Origin: Antedon mediterranea
Lineage: Eukaryota > Animalia > Echinodermata
Assembly (NCBI RefSeq): GCF_964355755.1
Contig: NC_092674.1
Coordinates: 7,998,001-8,062,000, forward strand
Length of the DNA stretch: 64,000 nt
Direction: 5' to 3'
Shown: piece after piece, positions 1-14,200 of the stretch
Layout: every line of letters starts with the position of its first letter
Numbering within the stretch: position 1 is the stretch's first letter
Notes under the pieces: model-generated
What the model saw: only the letters and a program-made list of their open reading frames with translations
Database searches by the model: none
Told to the model about the DNA's origin: nothing
Program-made: the position numbers and the translations under genes

Positions 1-1039
1 TATACGAAATTTCATCGATTTATCTTAATTTTAAGTTACTTTAAAAAAATAATTCTATATTGAATTTTTTCGCGAAAAATTGGGATGTCATTTTGCTACG
101 TACCAAAACTCAAATAGTCATTGCGTTTAACGTATTTACTCAATAAATGTAATTTTTGTACAATGTGTTCATATATATTGTTGGATTATGTGTGCCAAAT
201 TTGGATTTATAAAACTAAAAAAATTCGGAGATATTAAAAAAACATTGCTCATTTTGGCCGTTTGCTACGTATTTTCTTAATTTTTAAAATGCTTTTACAA
301 CGTGGTTACTTTACGAAAACAAACTATTTTTAGGTATGTTAGTCTATGTTTAACATACTATCGATCTGCTATTTTGATTTTTTGAATTTAAGCGTGTTTA
401 TATTTTTAATAAAAACCGACTTTTTTTAGATTTTGTGGTCGCTAGAACTCAAATATAATTGTCTCGTTCACTCAAAGTTTATTATAAATGTAAAATGACT
501 TATTAAAATATCTTTATTATCATTAAATTGCAATTTACATACTGAAAAGCTTTATTTTCATTATTAGTCATCATTTAGTTAGCAAATGATTATTTTAAAA
601 GTATATATTACAATTTTTCGGAATTTTGTTATCATTTTAAAATTGGAAAACGTTTCAAATTTAAGGACTTGTGGCAGGTCTTGTATTAAATTACGATTTA
701 TTTTGTTTAACATTTTAGAAACAAAAATTCCTTTAATATGTGTAATCATTAAAACATTCTGCATCCACTAGACGTTGATTTTATTGATTTATATAGTTTT
801 AAAACAATTAAATTGGCGATTAAATGTCACGAAATTTAAAAATCCTAAGCATTTGTACTGGAACCACAGCATCCTAGGCCCAACAGCATCGACAGCCTAC
901 AGCAAACTATAGATAAACCAGGTATACCGTAAGTTTTTATTTATTTTTGTTGTAATATAGATTTTTAAATAGTTATAGTTCAATGTTATATATTTAATGT
1001 TGTTATCTGACTCTCTGGCGGTAATCTATGAGAGGTAAA

Positions 1040-1700
1040 TTAGGGGCCTAGGCCTTAGGTCTATGATGCACATAAAATGCCAAACCTTGTGTGCAGCCCG
1101 GGGGGCTGCTGCGCCCGGCCCAGGCGGCCTAATTAGGCTTACCGCTTAGGCCTCGGTTTACATTAGGCCTAGGCCCTAGTGTCTGTTTAAAGGTTTGTAA
1201 GTCCATAAACAGAGTAGGCCTAGACCTAACTTTTCTGGAATCTAGGCATAGGATAGGCACTGACTAGGCCTATGTCTAGAAATAAGCATGGCCTATTATT
1301 TACAGCTTTAGCCTGGAAGCCTAAGCCTACTAGGCCTAGGCCTAGCCTCTAGGCCTAGTAGGCCTAGCCTACTCCTACCTAGCCTGTCTTAGGCTAGGCT
1401 AGGCCTAGAGGTAGTACTCAGTGCTAGAAGCCTGCCTAGGCCTAGATGTAGCCTACATCCTAAAACTAGACTAGGCCTAGGCTAGAACCTCTAGTAAAGG
1501 CTTTGACAGTTTTCTAGGCCCTACCTACATTATGTATGTTAGGGCCTATCTGACTTCTAGCATAGGCCTAGCCCATTTACAGAAGGTGTACTGTAGGTTT
1601 CCCTTCTACATCATTAACAGCTAGCTTAGAACAATCCCTGCATTAAATCAAGCATCCATCCCAAATATTTTTAACATTCACGAATTAAACATACTAGGCC
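1040..1700. repeat. TAGGCCTA/CTAG palindrome-rich low-complexity tract (left)
   Basis: Dense TAGGCCTA, TAGCCTA and CTAGG words starting about 100 bp after a donor-like GTAAGT at about 929. Confidence 0.85.
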
Positions 1701-4700
1701 TATTATGATTTACAAAGCAAATTAATTTTTAGTTTTAGTGTCCGGTTTGGAGTATTCAATCAACTACTCAATTTCTGATGACTCAATAATCAACTTAACT
1801 TCAGGTATTTTAAGTCCCAAGCTTATTCAACTTATGTTTAATGTGACTAACAACATATGAAAATAACAATTACTCCTTAAAACTATAAATAAACATTAAT
1901 TCAATCCAAATAATGGTAGCAAAAGAGATGTTATGAAATAGTAACTATTAAATACTGTTGGTGTTGACTGTATTCAGTTTTTTTTTCAGTGAAACACATT
2001 ATGGTACAAATGGAGAAAAATATATCTAGAAGAGAGGAAAATAACAAGATGAAGGAGCAGGAAAAATATGGTATACTTATCTGTATGGGGATTTTCATAC
2101 ACATTAATTCATGTTAAAACAAAATGACCATTAAACTATTTTAAGCCTAATTAAATACAACAAAGCACCCAAGTCAATGCCATGAAATGTAATTTAACAG
2201 GTGTCTTAAATTAATTCTAAAGCCAATACAAAGCAAATTCATTTACAATTAAAATGAAGTGAGAAAAGTGTAATGTAACAGTCAGAATTGTTAGAAATGT
2301 AATATAAATAAAATACAAAATTAAAACTTTTATTTTAGACAACTTCTAATGTTTATTAAAATGTGCTTTTTCATTTTTCAGTTACTGCTGTGGTTTCAAA
2401 CATCCTTCACTTCACATACAAGTTAATGGCTTATTAATAATTAAGGTAATCAGTAAACTCATTATAAATGTTTTGCTTTAATTTACTAACAATGTTTCAT
2501 TTATCTACTAACCATACATAAACACACTCACACACCAACATACACAAAACACCTTTTAGAATAGCTTGTATTTAATGTAGGACAAAATTAAACATAACAA
2601 TGTAGTTGTAGGACAAAATTAAACACAACAAAAGTTTGATCTAGGCTTATTAGTTGTAGGAAAAAATTCAACATCAATAAAGCTTAGTTAGTTGCTTAAA
2701 ATTAAACGGAGGAATACAGTTCAGTTTAGTTTATATTTACTGTATATAAAAATTAAACGGAGCAATGTAGTTTAGTAGTTGGTTGTAGAACTAATTTAAA
2801 CAGGAGAATGCAGTTCAGTTGAGTTTAGTTATTTACTGTATAGGGAAAAAAAAATAACAGAAGAATGAAGTTTAGTTTTAGTTGGTTGTTGGACAAAAAT
2901 GAACAGTTTGGTTAATTGTTGTATTACAAATGCAGACACAGCAATACAGTTCAGTTTAGTTATTTACTGTAGGAAAAAATAAACACATAAACATTGCAGT
3001 TTATTTAGTTAATTGTAGGAAAAAATTGGTTTAGAAATCATTTATTGACACAACATTAAACTAGTTAGACATGTGTAGGGTTACAGTTATTATAGAACAC
3101 AATTAAGAGTACATATTTAGACAATCTGAAAGTATAATTGGTTGAGAAATCATCTATTAAACAAACCAATAATACAGGACATTCAAGTAGTTTTGACATG
3201 TGTAGTGGTACAGTTATTATAGAACACAATTAAGAGTACATATTTAGACAATCTGAAAGTATAATTGGTTGAGAAATCATCTATTAAACAAACCAATAAT
3301 ACAGGACATTCAAGTAGTTAGACATGTGTAGGGGTACAGTTATTATAGGACATAATTAGGAGTTTGTTGTAGGACACAATTAAACACAGCAGTTTAGTTT
3401 AGTTAGAACAAGCCCCGCATTAAATCAGTAATCAAGCATCCATCGTAAATATTTTAAACATAATTTTGTAATACTATTTTCATGAATTAAAAATACTATA
3501 TGACTTATATTATAATGCAAATAAATTTTTAGTTTTAGTGTCCGGTTTGGAGTATTCAATCAACTAGCCTATTCAATTTCTGATGACTCAAAACTCAACT
3601 TAACTTCAGGTATTTTAAGTCCCACGCTTAATCAACGTTTTAATGTTACTAACAACATATGAAAATACAATTATTTTTAGGTCATAAAAATAACAATTAC
3701 TCCTTAAAATTATAAATAAAGTAATAAATAATAATAATTCAATGCAAATAATGGTAGTAGGCCTAGTGGTAACAAAAGAGATTTCTTAAAATAGTAACTA
3801 TTGAATGCTGTTGGTGTTGACTGTATTCAGTTTTTTTTTCAGTGAAAAACATGATGGTACAAATGGAAAAAAGGTCTAGAAGAGAGGAAAATAACAAGAT
3901 GAAGGAGCAGAAAATATATGGTTGAATATATGACTAAAATCATACCTTACATTAAAACAATCAATTAAATTAATATTTTATATTACAATAAAGGATGAAA
4001 TCAATGGTAGGAAATGTAATGAGGCCAGTCAAACTAATAACATATAGTATTGAAATAGAGTAAATGTAAAATAAAGAGGTAATTTAGGTGGAAAAATGAT
4101 AATTAAAAAAAATGCTAGTACTACAAGTAAAAATGTTTATTCACATATTTTTTTTATTAATTATATTTTCAGCCTCTGCTATGATTAGTACCAAGTATTG
4201 TTGCTTTCAACAAGTCTTACTTCACAATTTGATGTCTTTTAAAGGTAATTTGTCATCTCAATATTGCTTTACGCTTTAAACCAAAAGATAATAGTAATAA
4301 TTGTAGCAGTACAATTAGAAATTAAATTTACATTACATTTATCAAACAAAATGTCTAATGTGATTAGTTGACAACACGATTACAAAAGACAGTAAAAAAG
4401 TAGTTAATTTGAAATGCCCAAATTCAATTTAGCTTTCCCTTCTCCATCAGCTGTTCTTGTTTGGGTACATTGTTTAAAATCACAATATATGATACACAAA
4501 AATACAGTCTGTTTAGGTCATAAAAATGAATAATGCACTAAAAATGTTATTAGTTTTATTAGTACTGTATACTAATGACTGAATATAATGGTTTTTTTTT
4601 AAACAGTGATAATGGATAAGAAAGAGGATAATCTAGAAGTGGAAGTGGAAACAAGATGAATAATACATTTAGGAAGAAAAAAAAAGGAGATGGTTGAATA

Positions 4701-5220
4701 TAACTAATAGTCTTATTTTCATACACATTAATTCATGTTAAAACAAGATGACCATTAAACAATTTTAAGCCCAATTAAATACAACAAAGCACCCAAGTCA
4801 ATGACTAGAAATGTAATTTAACAGGTTTCTTAAATTAATTCTAAAGCCAATACAAAGCAAATACATTTACAATTAAAAATGAAGCGAGAAAAGTGTAATG
4901 TAACACATCTGAGAATTGTTAGTAAAGTATTACATTTCAAACCCAAAATTAAAACTTTTTTTTAGACAACTTCTAATGTTATTAAAATGTGCTTTTTCAA
5001 TTTTTTTTTCAGTTACTGCTGTGGTTTTAGACATCCTCCACTTCACATACAAGTTAATGGCTTATTAATAATTAAGGTAATCAGTAAACTCATTATAAAT
5101 GTTTTGCTTTAATTTACTAACAATGTTTCATTTATCTACTAACCATACATAAACACACTAACACACCAACATACACAAAACACCTTTTAGAATAGCTTGT
5201 ATTTAATGTAGAACAAATTA
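1635..5220 (+). repeat. Internal segmental duplication/triplication containing exon-like blocks
   Basis: About 1635-2070 recurs at about 3415-3920, and about 2095-2580 recurs at about 4718-5220. Blocks bounded by polypyrimidine-AG and GT occur at about 1990-2070, 3843-3920, 4607-4692, 2382-2445, 4173-4244 and 5013-5076. Confidence 0.75.
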
Positions 5221-8200
5221 AATCTTCTTGTACTAGACTAAAGTTAAACACAGAAATGCAGTCAGTTTAGTTAATTACTGTAGGGAAAAATTAAAAACAG
5301 CAATACAGTTCAGTTAGTTGTTGTAGGACAAAATTAAACTAAGGAATACAGTTTAGTTTAGTTATTTACTGTAGGGAAAAATTAGAAGCAGCAATGTAGT
5401 TTAGTTGGTTGTAGAACATATTTAAACAGGGGAATACAGTTCAGTTTAGTTATTTTCTGTATAGGAAAACAATTAAAAACATCAATTCAGTTTAGTATAG
5501 TTTAGTTAATTGTACTGTAGGACAAATTTAAACACAGCAATGGAATTTAGTTGGTTGTGAAACAAAAGTGAACATAGTTTAGTTTGGTTAATTGTTGTAG
5601 GACAAATGTAGACACAACAATTCAGTTTAGTTTAGTTGGTTGTAGAACAAAATTAAACACAGCAATTCAATTTATCTATTGAACAACCCAATAATACAGG
5701 ACATTCAAGTAGTTAGACATGTGTAGGGGTACAGTTATTATATAACCTATTTAGGAGTACATATATTTGACAACTCTAAAATTATAATTGGTTGAGAAAT
5801 CATCTATTGAACAACCCAATAGCCATTCAAGTAGTTAGACATGTTTAAGAGTACAGTTATTATAGAACACAATTAAGAGTAATTATTTTAAAAAAATCTG
5901 AAAGTATAATTGGTTGAGAAATCATCTATTGAAGAACTCAATAATACAGAACATTCAAGTAGTTAGACATGTGTAGGGGTACAGTTATTATAGAGCACAA
6001 TTAAGAGTACATATTTTAGACAAATCTAACAGTACTATTTGTTGAAAAATCATCTATTGAACAACCCAATAATACAGGACATTCAAGTAGTTAGACATGT
6101 GTAGGGGTACAGTTATTATAGAACACAATTAAGAGTAAATTGTAGTTTTTATCAATTGGTTGTAGAAGAAATTTAAACACAGCAATGCAGTTCAGGTTAG
6201 TTAGTTGTAGGTGAAATTTAAACACAGCAATGCAGTTCAGGTTAGTTAGTTGTAGGTGAAATTTAAACACAGCAATACAGTTCAGTTTAGTTAGTTGTTT
6301 AGGGCAAAATAAACAGCAAATCTAACAGTGTAATTGGTTGAGAAATCATCTATTGAACAACTCAATAATACAGAACATTCAGGTAGTTAGACATGTCTGG
6401 GGGGACAATTATTATAGAACACAATTAAGAGTAAATTGTAGTTTTTATCAATTGGTTGTAGAAGAAATTTAAACACAGCAATGCAGTTCAGGTTAGTTAG
6501 TTGTTTAGGGCAAAATTAAACACAGGATTGCAGTTCAGTTTAGTTAGTTGTAGAAGAAATATAAACACAGCAATGCAGTTCAGTTTAGTTAGTTGTTTAG
6601 GGCAAAATTAAACACAGGATTGCAGTTCAGTTTAGTTGGAATTGTAGGTGGAATATAAACACAGCAATACAGTTCAGTTTAGTTAGTTGTTTAAGGCAAA
6701 ATAAAACAACAAATCTAACAGTGTAATTGGTTGAGAAATCATCTATTGAACAACTCAATAATACAGAACATTCAAGTAGTTAGACATGTGTAGGGGTACA
6801 GTTATTTTAGAACACAATTAAGAGTACATTGTAGTTTGATCTATTGGTTGTAGGATAAATTTAAACACAGCAATGCAGTTCAGTTTAGTTAGTTGTTTAG
6901 GCAAAATAAAACAACAAATCTAACAGTGTAATTGGTTGAGAAATCATCTATTGAACAACTCAATAATACAGGACATTCAAGTAGTTAGACATGTCTGGGG
7001 GGACAGTTATTATAGAACACAATTAAGAGTAAATTGTAGTTTTTATCAATTGGTTGTAGAAGAAATTTAAACACAGCAATGCAGTTCAGGTTAGTTAGTT
7101 GTTTAGGGCAAAATTAAACACAGGATTGCAGTTTAGTTTAGTTGGTTGTAGGTGAAATTTAAACACAGCAATACAGTTCAGTTTAGTTAGTTGTTTAGGG
7201 CAAAATAAAACAGCAAATCTAACAGTGTAATTGGTTGAGAAATCATCTATTGGACAACACAATAATACAGGACATTCAAGTAGTTAGACATGTGTAGGGG
7301 GACAGTTATTATAGAACACAATTAGGAGTACATATTTTAGACAAATCTAAAAGTATAATTGATTGAAAAATTATCTATTGAACAACTCAACAATACAGGA
7401 CATTAAAGTAGTCAGACAAGTGTAGGGGTACAGTTATTATAGAGCACAATTAAGAGTACATATTTTAGACAAATCTAAAAGTCTAATTGATTGAGAAATT
7501 ATCTATTGAACAACTCAACAATACAGGACATTAAAGTAGTCAGACAAGTGTAGGGGTACAGTTATTATAGAGCACAATTAAGAGTACATATTTTAGACAA
7601 ATCTAACAGTACTATTTGTTTAAAAATCATCTATTGAACAACCCAATAATACAGGACATTCAAGTAGTTAGACATGTCTGGGGGTACAGTTATTATAGAA
7701 CACAATTAAGAGTAAATTGTAGTTTTTATCAATTGGTTGTGGAAGAAATTTAAACACAGCAATGCAGTTCAGGTTAGTTAGTTGTTTAGGGCAAAATTAA
7801 ACACAGGATTGCAGTTCAGTTTAGTTGGTTGTAGGTGAAATTTAAACACAGCAATACAGTTCAGTTTAGTTAGTTGTTTAGGGCAAAATAAACAACAAAT
7901 CTAACAGTGTAATTGGTTGAGAAATCATCTATTGAACAACTCAATAATACAGAACATTCAGGTAGTTAGACATGTCTGGGGGGACAATTATTATAGAACA
8001 CAATTAAGAGTAAATTGTAGTTTTTATCAATTGGTTGTAGAAGAAATTTAAACACAGCAATGCAGTTCAGGTTAGTTAGTTGTTTAGGGCAAAATTAAAA
8101 ACAGGAATGCAGTTAATTTTAGTTGGTTGTATGAGAAATTTAAACACAGCAATGCAGTTCAGTTTAGTTAGTTGTTTAGGGCAAATTTAAACACAGCAAT

Positions 8201-11200
8201 GCAGTTCAGTTTAGTTAGTTGCTTTAGGACAAAGTTAAACAAGGAATTCAGTTTAGTTAATTACTTACGACAAAATTAAACAGAGGAATGCAGTTCAATT
8301 TAGTTAGTTGTTTAGGGCAAAATAAAACACAGCACATCTAACAGTATAATTGGTTGAGAAATCATCTGTAGAACAACTAAAAAATACAGGACATTCAAGT
8401 ACTTAGATAGGTCTAGGGGTACAGTTATTATAGAACACAATTAAGAGTACATATTTTAGACAAATCTAAAAGTATAATTGGTTGAAAAATCATCCATTAA
8501 ACAACCCAATAATACAGGACATTCAAGTAGTTAGACATGTGTAGGGGTACAGTTATTATATAACCCATTTTGGAGTACATATTTGACAACTCTAACAGTA
8601 TAATTGGTTGAGAAATCATCTATTCAACAACCAAATGGATATTCAAGTAGACATGTGTAAGGATACAGTTATTATAGAACACAATTAAGAGTACATATTT
8701 TAGACAAATCTAACAGAATAATAATACAGGACATTCAAGTAGTTAGACATGTGTAGGGGTAATAGTTATTATAGAACACAATTAAGATTACATATTTTAG
8801 AAAAATCTAACAGTATAATTGGTTGAGACATTTTTGGTTGTAGGACACAATCATAGCAGTTCAGTTTAGTTTAGTTGGTTGTAGGACACAATTAAACAGA
8901 GCAATTCAGTTTAGTTTAGTTGGTTGTAGGACACAATTAAACAGCGCAATTCAGTTTAGTTTAGTTGGTTGTAGGACACAATTAAACAGAGCAATTCAGT
9001 TTAGTTTAGTTGGTTTTAGGACACAATTAAACAGAGCAATTCAGTTTAGTTTAGTTGGTTGTAGGACACAATTAAACAGAGCAATTCAGTTTAGTTTAGT
9101 TGGTTTTAGGACACAATTAAACAGAGCAGTTCAGTTTAGTTTAGTTGGTTGTAGGACACAATTAAACAGAGCAATTCAGTTTAGTTTAGTTGGTTTTAGG
9201 ACACAATAAAACAGAGCAATTCAGTTTAGTTTAGTTGGTTGTAGGACACAATTAAACAGAGCAGTTCAGTTTAGTTTAGTTGGTTGTAGGACACAATTAA
9301 ACAGAGCAATTCAGTTTAGTTTAGTTGGTTGTAGGACACAATTAAACAGAGCAATTCAGTTTAGTTTAGTTGGTTTTAGGACACAATAAAACAGAGCAGT
9401 TCAGTTTAGTTTAGTTGGTTGTAGGACACAATTAAACAGAGCAATTCAGTTTAGTTTAGTTGGTTGTAGGACACAATTAAACAGAGCAATTCAGTTTAGT
9501 TTAGTTGGTTTAAGGACACAATAAAACATAGCAATTCAGTTTAGTTTAGTTGGTTGTAGGACACAATTAAACAGAGCAGTTCAGTTTAGTTTAGTTGGTT
9601 GTAGGACACAATTAAACAGAGCAGTTCAGCTCAGTTCAGTTTAGTTGTTTGTAGAACAAAATGAAACAGAGCAATTCAGTTTAGTTTAGTTGGTTGTAGG
9701 ACACAATTAAACAGAGCAGTTCAGTTTAGTTTAGTTGGTTGTAGGACACAATTAAACACAGCAATTCAGCTCAGTTCAGTTTAGTTGTTTGTAGAACAAA
9801 ATGAAACAGAGCAATTCAGTTTAGTTTAGTTGGTTGTAGGACACAATTAAACACAGCAATTCAGTTTAGTTTAGTTGGTTGTAGGACACAATTAAACACA
9901 GCATTTCAGTTTAGTTTAGTTGGTTGTTAAGGGCAAAATTAAACATAGGAATGCAGTTCCGTTTAGTTGGTTGTATGAGAAATTTAAACACAGCAATGCA
10001 GTTCAGTTTAGTTAGTTGTTTAGGGTAAAATTAAACACAGGAATGCAGTTCAGTTTAGTTGGTTGTATGAGAAATTTAAACACAGCAATGCAGTTCAGTT
10101 TAGTTAGTTGTTTAGGGCAAAATTAAACACAGGAATGCAGTTCAGTTTAGTTGGTTGTATGAAAAATTTAAACACAGCAATGCAGTTCAGTTTAGTTAGT
10201 TGTTAAGGGCAAAATTAAACATAGGAATGCAGTTCAGTTTAGTTGGTTGTATGAGAAATTTAAACACAGCAATGCAGTTCAATTAAGTTAGTTGTTAAGG
10301 GCAAAATTAAACATAGGAATGCAGTTCAGTTTAGTTGGTTGTATGAGAAATTTAAACACAGCAATGCAGTTCAGTTTAGTTAGTTGTTAATGGCAAAATT
10401 AAACATAGGAATGCAGTTCAGTTTAGTTGGTTGTATGAGAAATTTAAACACAGCAATGCAGTTCAGTTTAGTTAGTTGTTAAGGGCAAAATTAAACACAG
10501 GAATGCAGTTCAGTTTAGTTGGTTGTATGAGAAATTTAAACACAGCAATGCAGTTCAGGTTAGTTAGTTGTTAAGGGCAAAATTAAACATAGGAATGCAG
10601 TTCAGTTTAGTTGGTTGTATGAGAAACTTAAACACAGCAATGCAGTTCAGTTTAGTTGGTTGTATGAGAAATTTAAACACAGCAATGCAGTTCAGTTTAG
10701 TTGGTTGTATGAGAAATTTAAACACAGCAATGCAGTTCAGTTTAGTTGGTTGTATGAGAAATTTAAACACAGCAATGCAGTTCAGTTTAGTTAGTTGCTT
10801 AAGGACAAAGTTAAACAAGGAATTCAGTTTAGTTAATTACTTACGACAAAATTAAACAGAGGAATGCAGTTCAATTTAGTTAGTTGTTTAGGGCAAAATA
10901 AAACACAGCACATCTAACAGTATAATTGGTTGAGAAATCATCTGTAGAACAACTAAAAAATACAGGACAATCAAGTACTTAGATAGGTCTAGGGGTACAG
11001 TTATTATAGAACACAATTAAGAGTACATATTTTAGACAAATCTAAAAGTATAATTGGTTGAAAAATCATCCATTAAACAACCCAATAATAGAGGACATTC
11101 AAGTAGTTAGACATGTGTAGGGGTACAGTTATTATAGAACACAATTAAGAGTACATATTTTAGACAAATCTAACAGAATAATAATACAGGACATTCAAGT

Positions 11201-14200
11201 AGTTAGACATGTGTAGGGGTAATAGTTATTATAGAACACAATTAGGATTACATATTTTAGAAAAATCTAACATTATAATTGGTTGAGACATTTTTGGTTG
11301 TAGGACGCAATCACAGCAGTTCAGTTTAGTTTAGTTGGTTGTAGGACACAATCACAGCAGTTTAGTTTAGTTGGTTGTAGAACAAAATTAAACAGAGCAA
11401 TTCAGTTTAGTTTAGTTGGTTGTAGGACAAAATTAAACACAGTAGCTTAGTTTAGTTTAGTTGGTTGTAGAACACAATTTAACACAGCAGCACAGTTTAG
11501 TTTAGTAATTAAACAGAGAAATTTAGTTTAGTTGGTTTTAGGACACAATTAAACACAGCAGTTCAGTTTAGTTTAGAACAAAATAAACAGAGAAATTCAG
11601 TTTAGTTTAGTTGGTTGTAGGACAGAATTTAACAGAGTAATTCAGTTTATTTTATTTGGTTGTAGAACAACATTAAACACAGCAATTCTAATTTAGCTTA
11701 GTTGGCTGTAGGAAACAATTAAACAGAGTAATTCTGTTTAGTTTAGTTGGTTGTAAGACACAATTAAATATAGCAATTCAGTTTAGTTTAGTTGGTTTTA
11801 GGACACAATTAAACATAGCAATTCAGTGTAGTTTAGTTGGTTTTAGGACACAATTAAACATAGCAATTCAGTTTAGTTTAGTTGGTTTTAGGACACAATT
11901 AAACAGAGTAATTCAGTTTAGTTTAGTTGGTTGTAAGACACAATTAAACATAGCAATTCAGTTTAGTTTAGTTGGTTGTAGGGCACAATTAAACAGAGCA
12001 ATTCAGTTTAGTTTAGTTGGTTGTAGGGCACAATTAAACAGAGCAATTCAGTTTAGTTTAGTTGGTTGTAGGACACAATTAAACAGAGCAATTCAGTTTA
12101 GTTTAGTTGGTTGTAGGACACAATTAAACAGAGCAATTCAGTTTAGTTTAGTTGGTTGTAGGACACAATTAAACAGAGCAATTCAGTTTAGTTTAGTTGG
12201 TTGTAGGGCACAATTAAACAGAGCAATTCAGTTTAGTTTAGTTGGTTGTAGGACACAATTAAACAGAGCAATTCAGGTTAGTTTAGTTGGTTGTAGGACA
12301 CAATTAAACAGAGCAATTCAGTTTAGTTTAGTTGGTTGTAGGACACAATTAAACAGAGCAATTCAGTTTAGTTTAGTTGGTTTTAGGACACAATTAAACA
12401 GAGCAGTTCAGTTTAGTTTAGTTGGTTGTAGGACACAATTAAACAGAGCAATTCAGTTTAGTTTAGTTGGTTTTAGGACACAATAAAACAGAGCAATTCA
12501 GTTTAGTTTAGTTGGTTGTAGGACACAATTAAACAGAGCAATTCAGTTTAGTTTAGTTGGTTGTAGGACACAATAAAACACAGCAGTTCAGCTCAGTTCA
12601 GTTTAGTTGTTTGTAGAACAAAATGAAACAGAGCAATTCAGTTTAGTTTAGTTGGTTGTAGGACACAATTAAACACAGCAATTCAGTTTAGTTTAGTTGG
12701 TTGTAGGACACAATTAAACAGAGCATTTCAGTTTAGTTTAGTTGGTTGTAGGACACAATTAAACAGAGCAGTTCAGCTCAGTTCAGTTTAGTTGTTTGTA
12801 GAACAAAATGAAACAGAGCAATTCAGTTCAGTTTAGTTGGTTGTAGGACACAATTAAACACAGCAATTCAGTTTAGTTTAGTTGGTTGTAGGACACAATT
12901 AAACAGAGCATTTCAGTTTAGTTTAGTTGGTTGTAGGACACAATTAAACAGAGCATTTCAGTTTAGTTTAGTTGGTTGTAGGGCACAATTAAACATAGCA
13001 ATTCAGTTTAGTTTAGTTGGTTGTAGGACACAATTAAACAGAGCAATTCAGTTTAGTTTAGTTGGTTGTAGGACACAATTAAACATAGCAGTTCAGTTTA
13101 GTCTAGTTTGTTGTAGAACAAAATTAAACATAGCAATTCAGTTTAGATTAGTTGGTTGTAGGACACAATTAAACACAGCAATTCATCTATTAGCCAAAAC
13201 AATAATACAGAGCATTCAAATATTTAGACATATGTAGGGGTACAGTTATTGTAGACAACAATTAAGATAATATATTTTAGACAAATTTAAAAGTATAATT
13301 GGTTGGGAAATTATCTAGTAGACAACAACACAATACAGAACATTCAAATATTTAGACATGTGTAGGGGTACAGTTATTATAGAACATCATTAAGGGTACA
13401 TATTTTAGACAAATCTAAAAGTATAATTGGTTAAGAAATTATCTAGTAGACAACACAATAATACAGAACATTCATATATTTAGACTTGTGCAATTCAGTT
13501 TAGTTTAGTTGGTTGTAAGACACAATTAAACATAGCAATTCAGTTTAGTTTAGTTGGTTGTAAGACAAAATTAAATAGAGAAGTTTATTTAAGTTGGTTG
13601 TAGAACAAAATTAAACAGAGCAATTCAGTTTAGTTTAATTGGTTGTAGGACAAAATTAAACACAGCAGTTCAGGTTATAGGACACAATTAAGAGTAAATA
13701 TTTGAGACAAATCTAACAGAATAATTGGTTGAGAAATCTATCTATCTAATCTATTAGACAACACAATATTACAGCACATTCAAGTAGTTAAACATGTGTA
13801 GGGGTAGAGTTCTTATAGAACCCATTTGGGAGTACATATTTTAAACATATTTAACAGAATAATTGGTTAAGAAATTATCTATTAGACAACACAATAATAC
13901 AGAGCATTCAAGTAGTTAGACATGTGTAGGGGTACAGTTATTATAGAACACAATTAAGAGTACATTGTAGTTTGATCTATTGGTTGTAGGATAAATTTAA
14001 ACACAGCAATGCAGTTCAGTTTAGTTAGTTGCTTAAGGACAAAGTTAAACAAAGGAATTCAGTTTAGTTTTGTTAGTTCTTACAACAAAATTAAAGAGAG
14101 GAATGCAGTTTAATTTAGTTAGTTGTTTAGAGCAAAATAAAAAACAGCAAATCTAACACTATAATTGGTTAAGAACTTTTAGACAAAACAATTATACATG

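Noticed and set aside
579-771. Overlapping 61-aa ORFs on both strands
   Set aside because: AT-rich chance ORFs with no recognisable motif.
10564-10855. Repetitive ORFs on both strands
   Set aside because: Translations of the 45-bp satellite.
8840-13180. CRISPR-like or telomere-like appearance of the array
   Set aside because: No unique spacers, no cas genes, eukaryotic context. The TTAGT pentamers are not TTAGGG telomere repeats.
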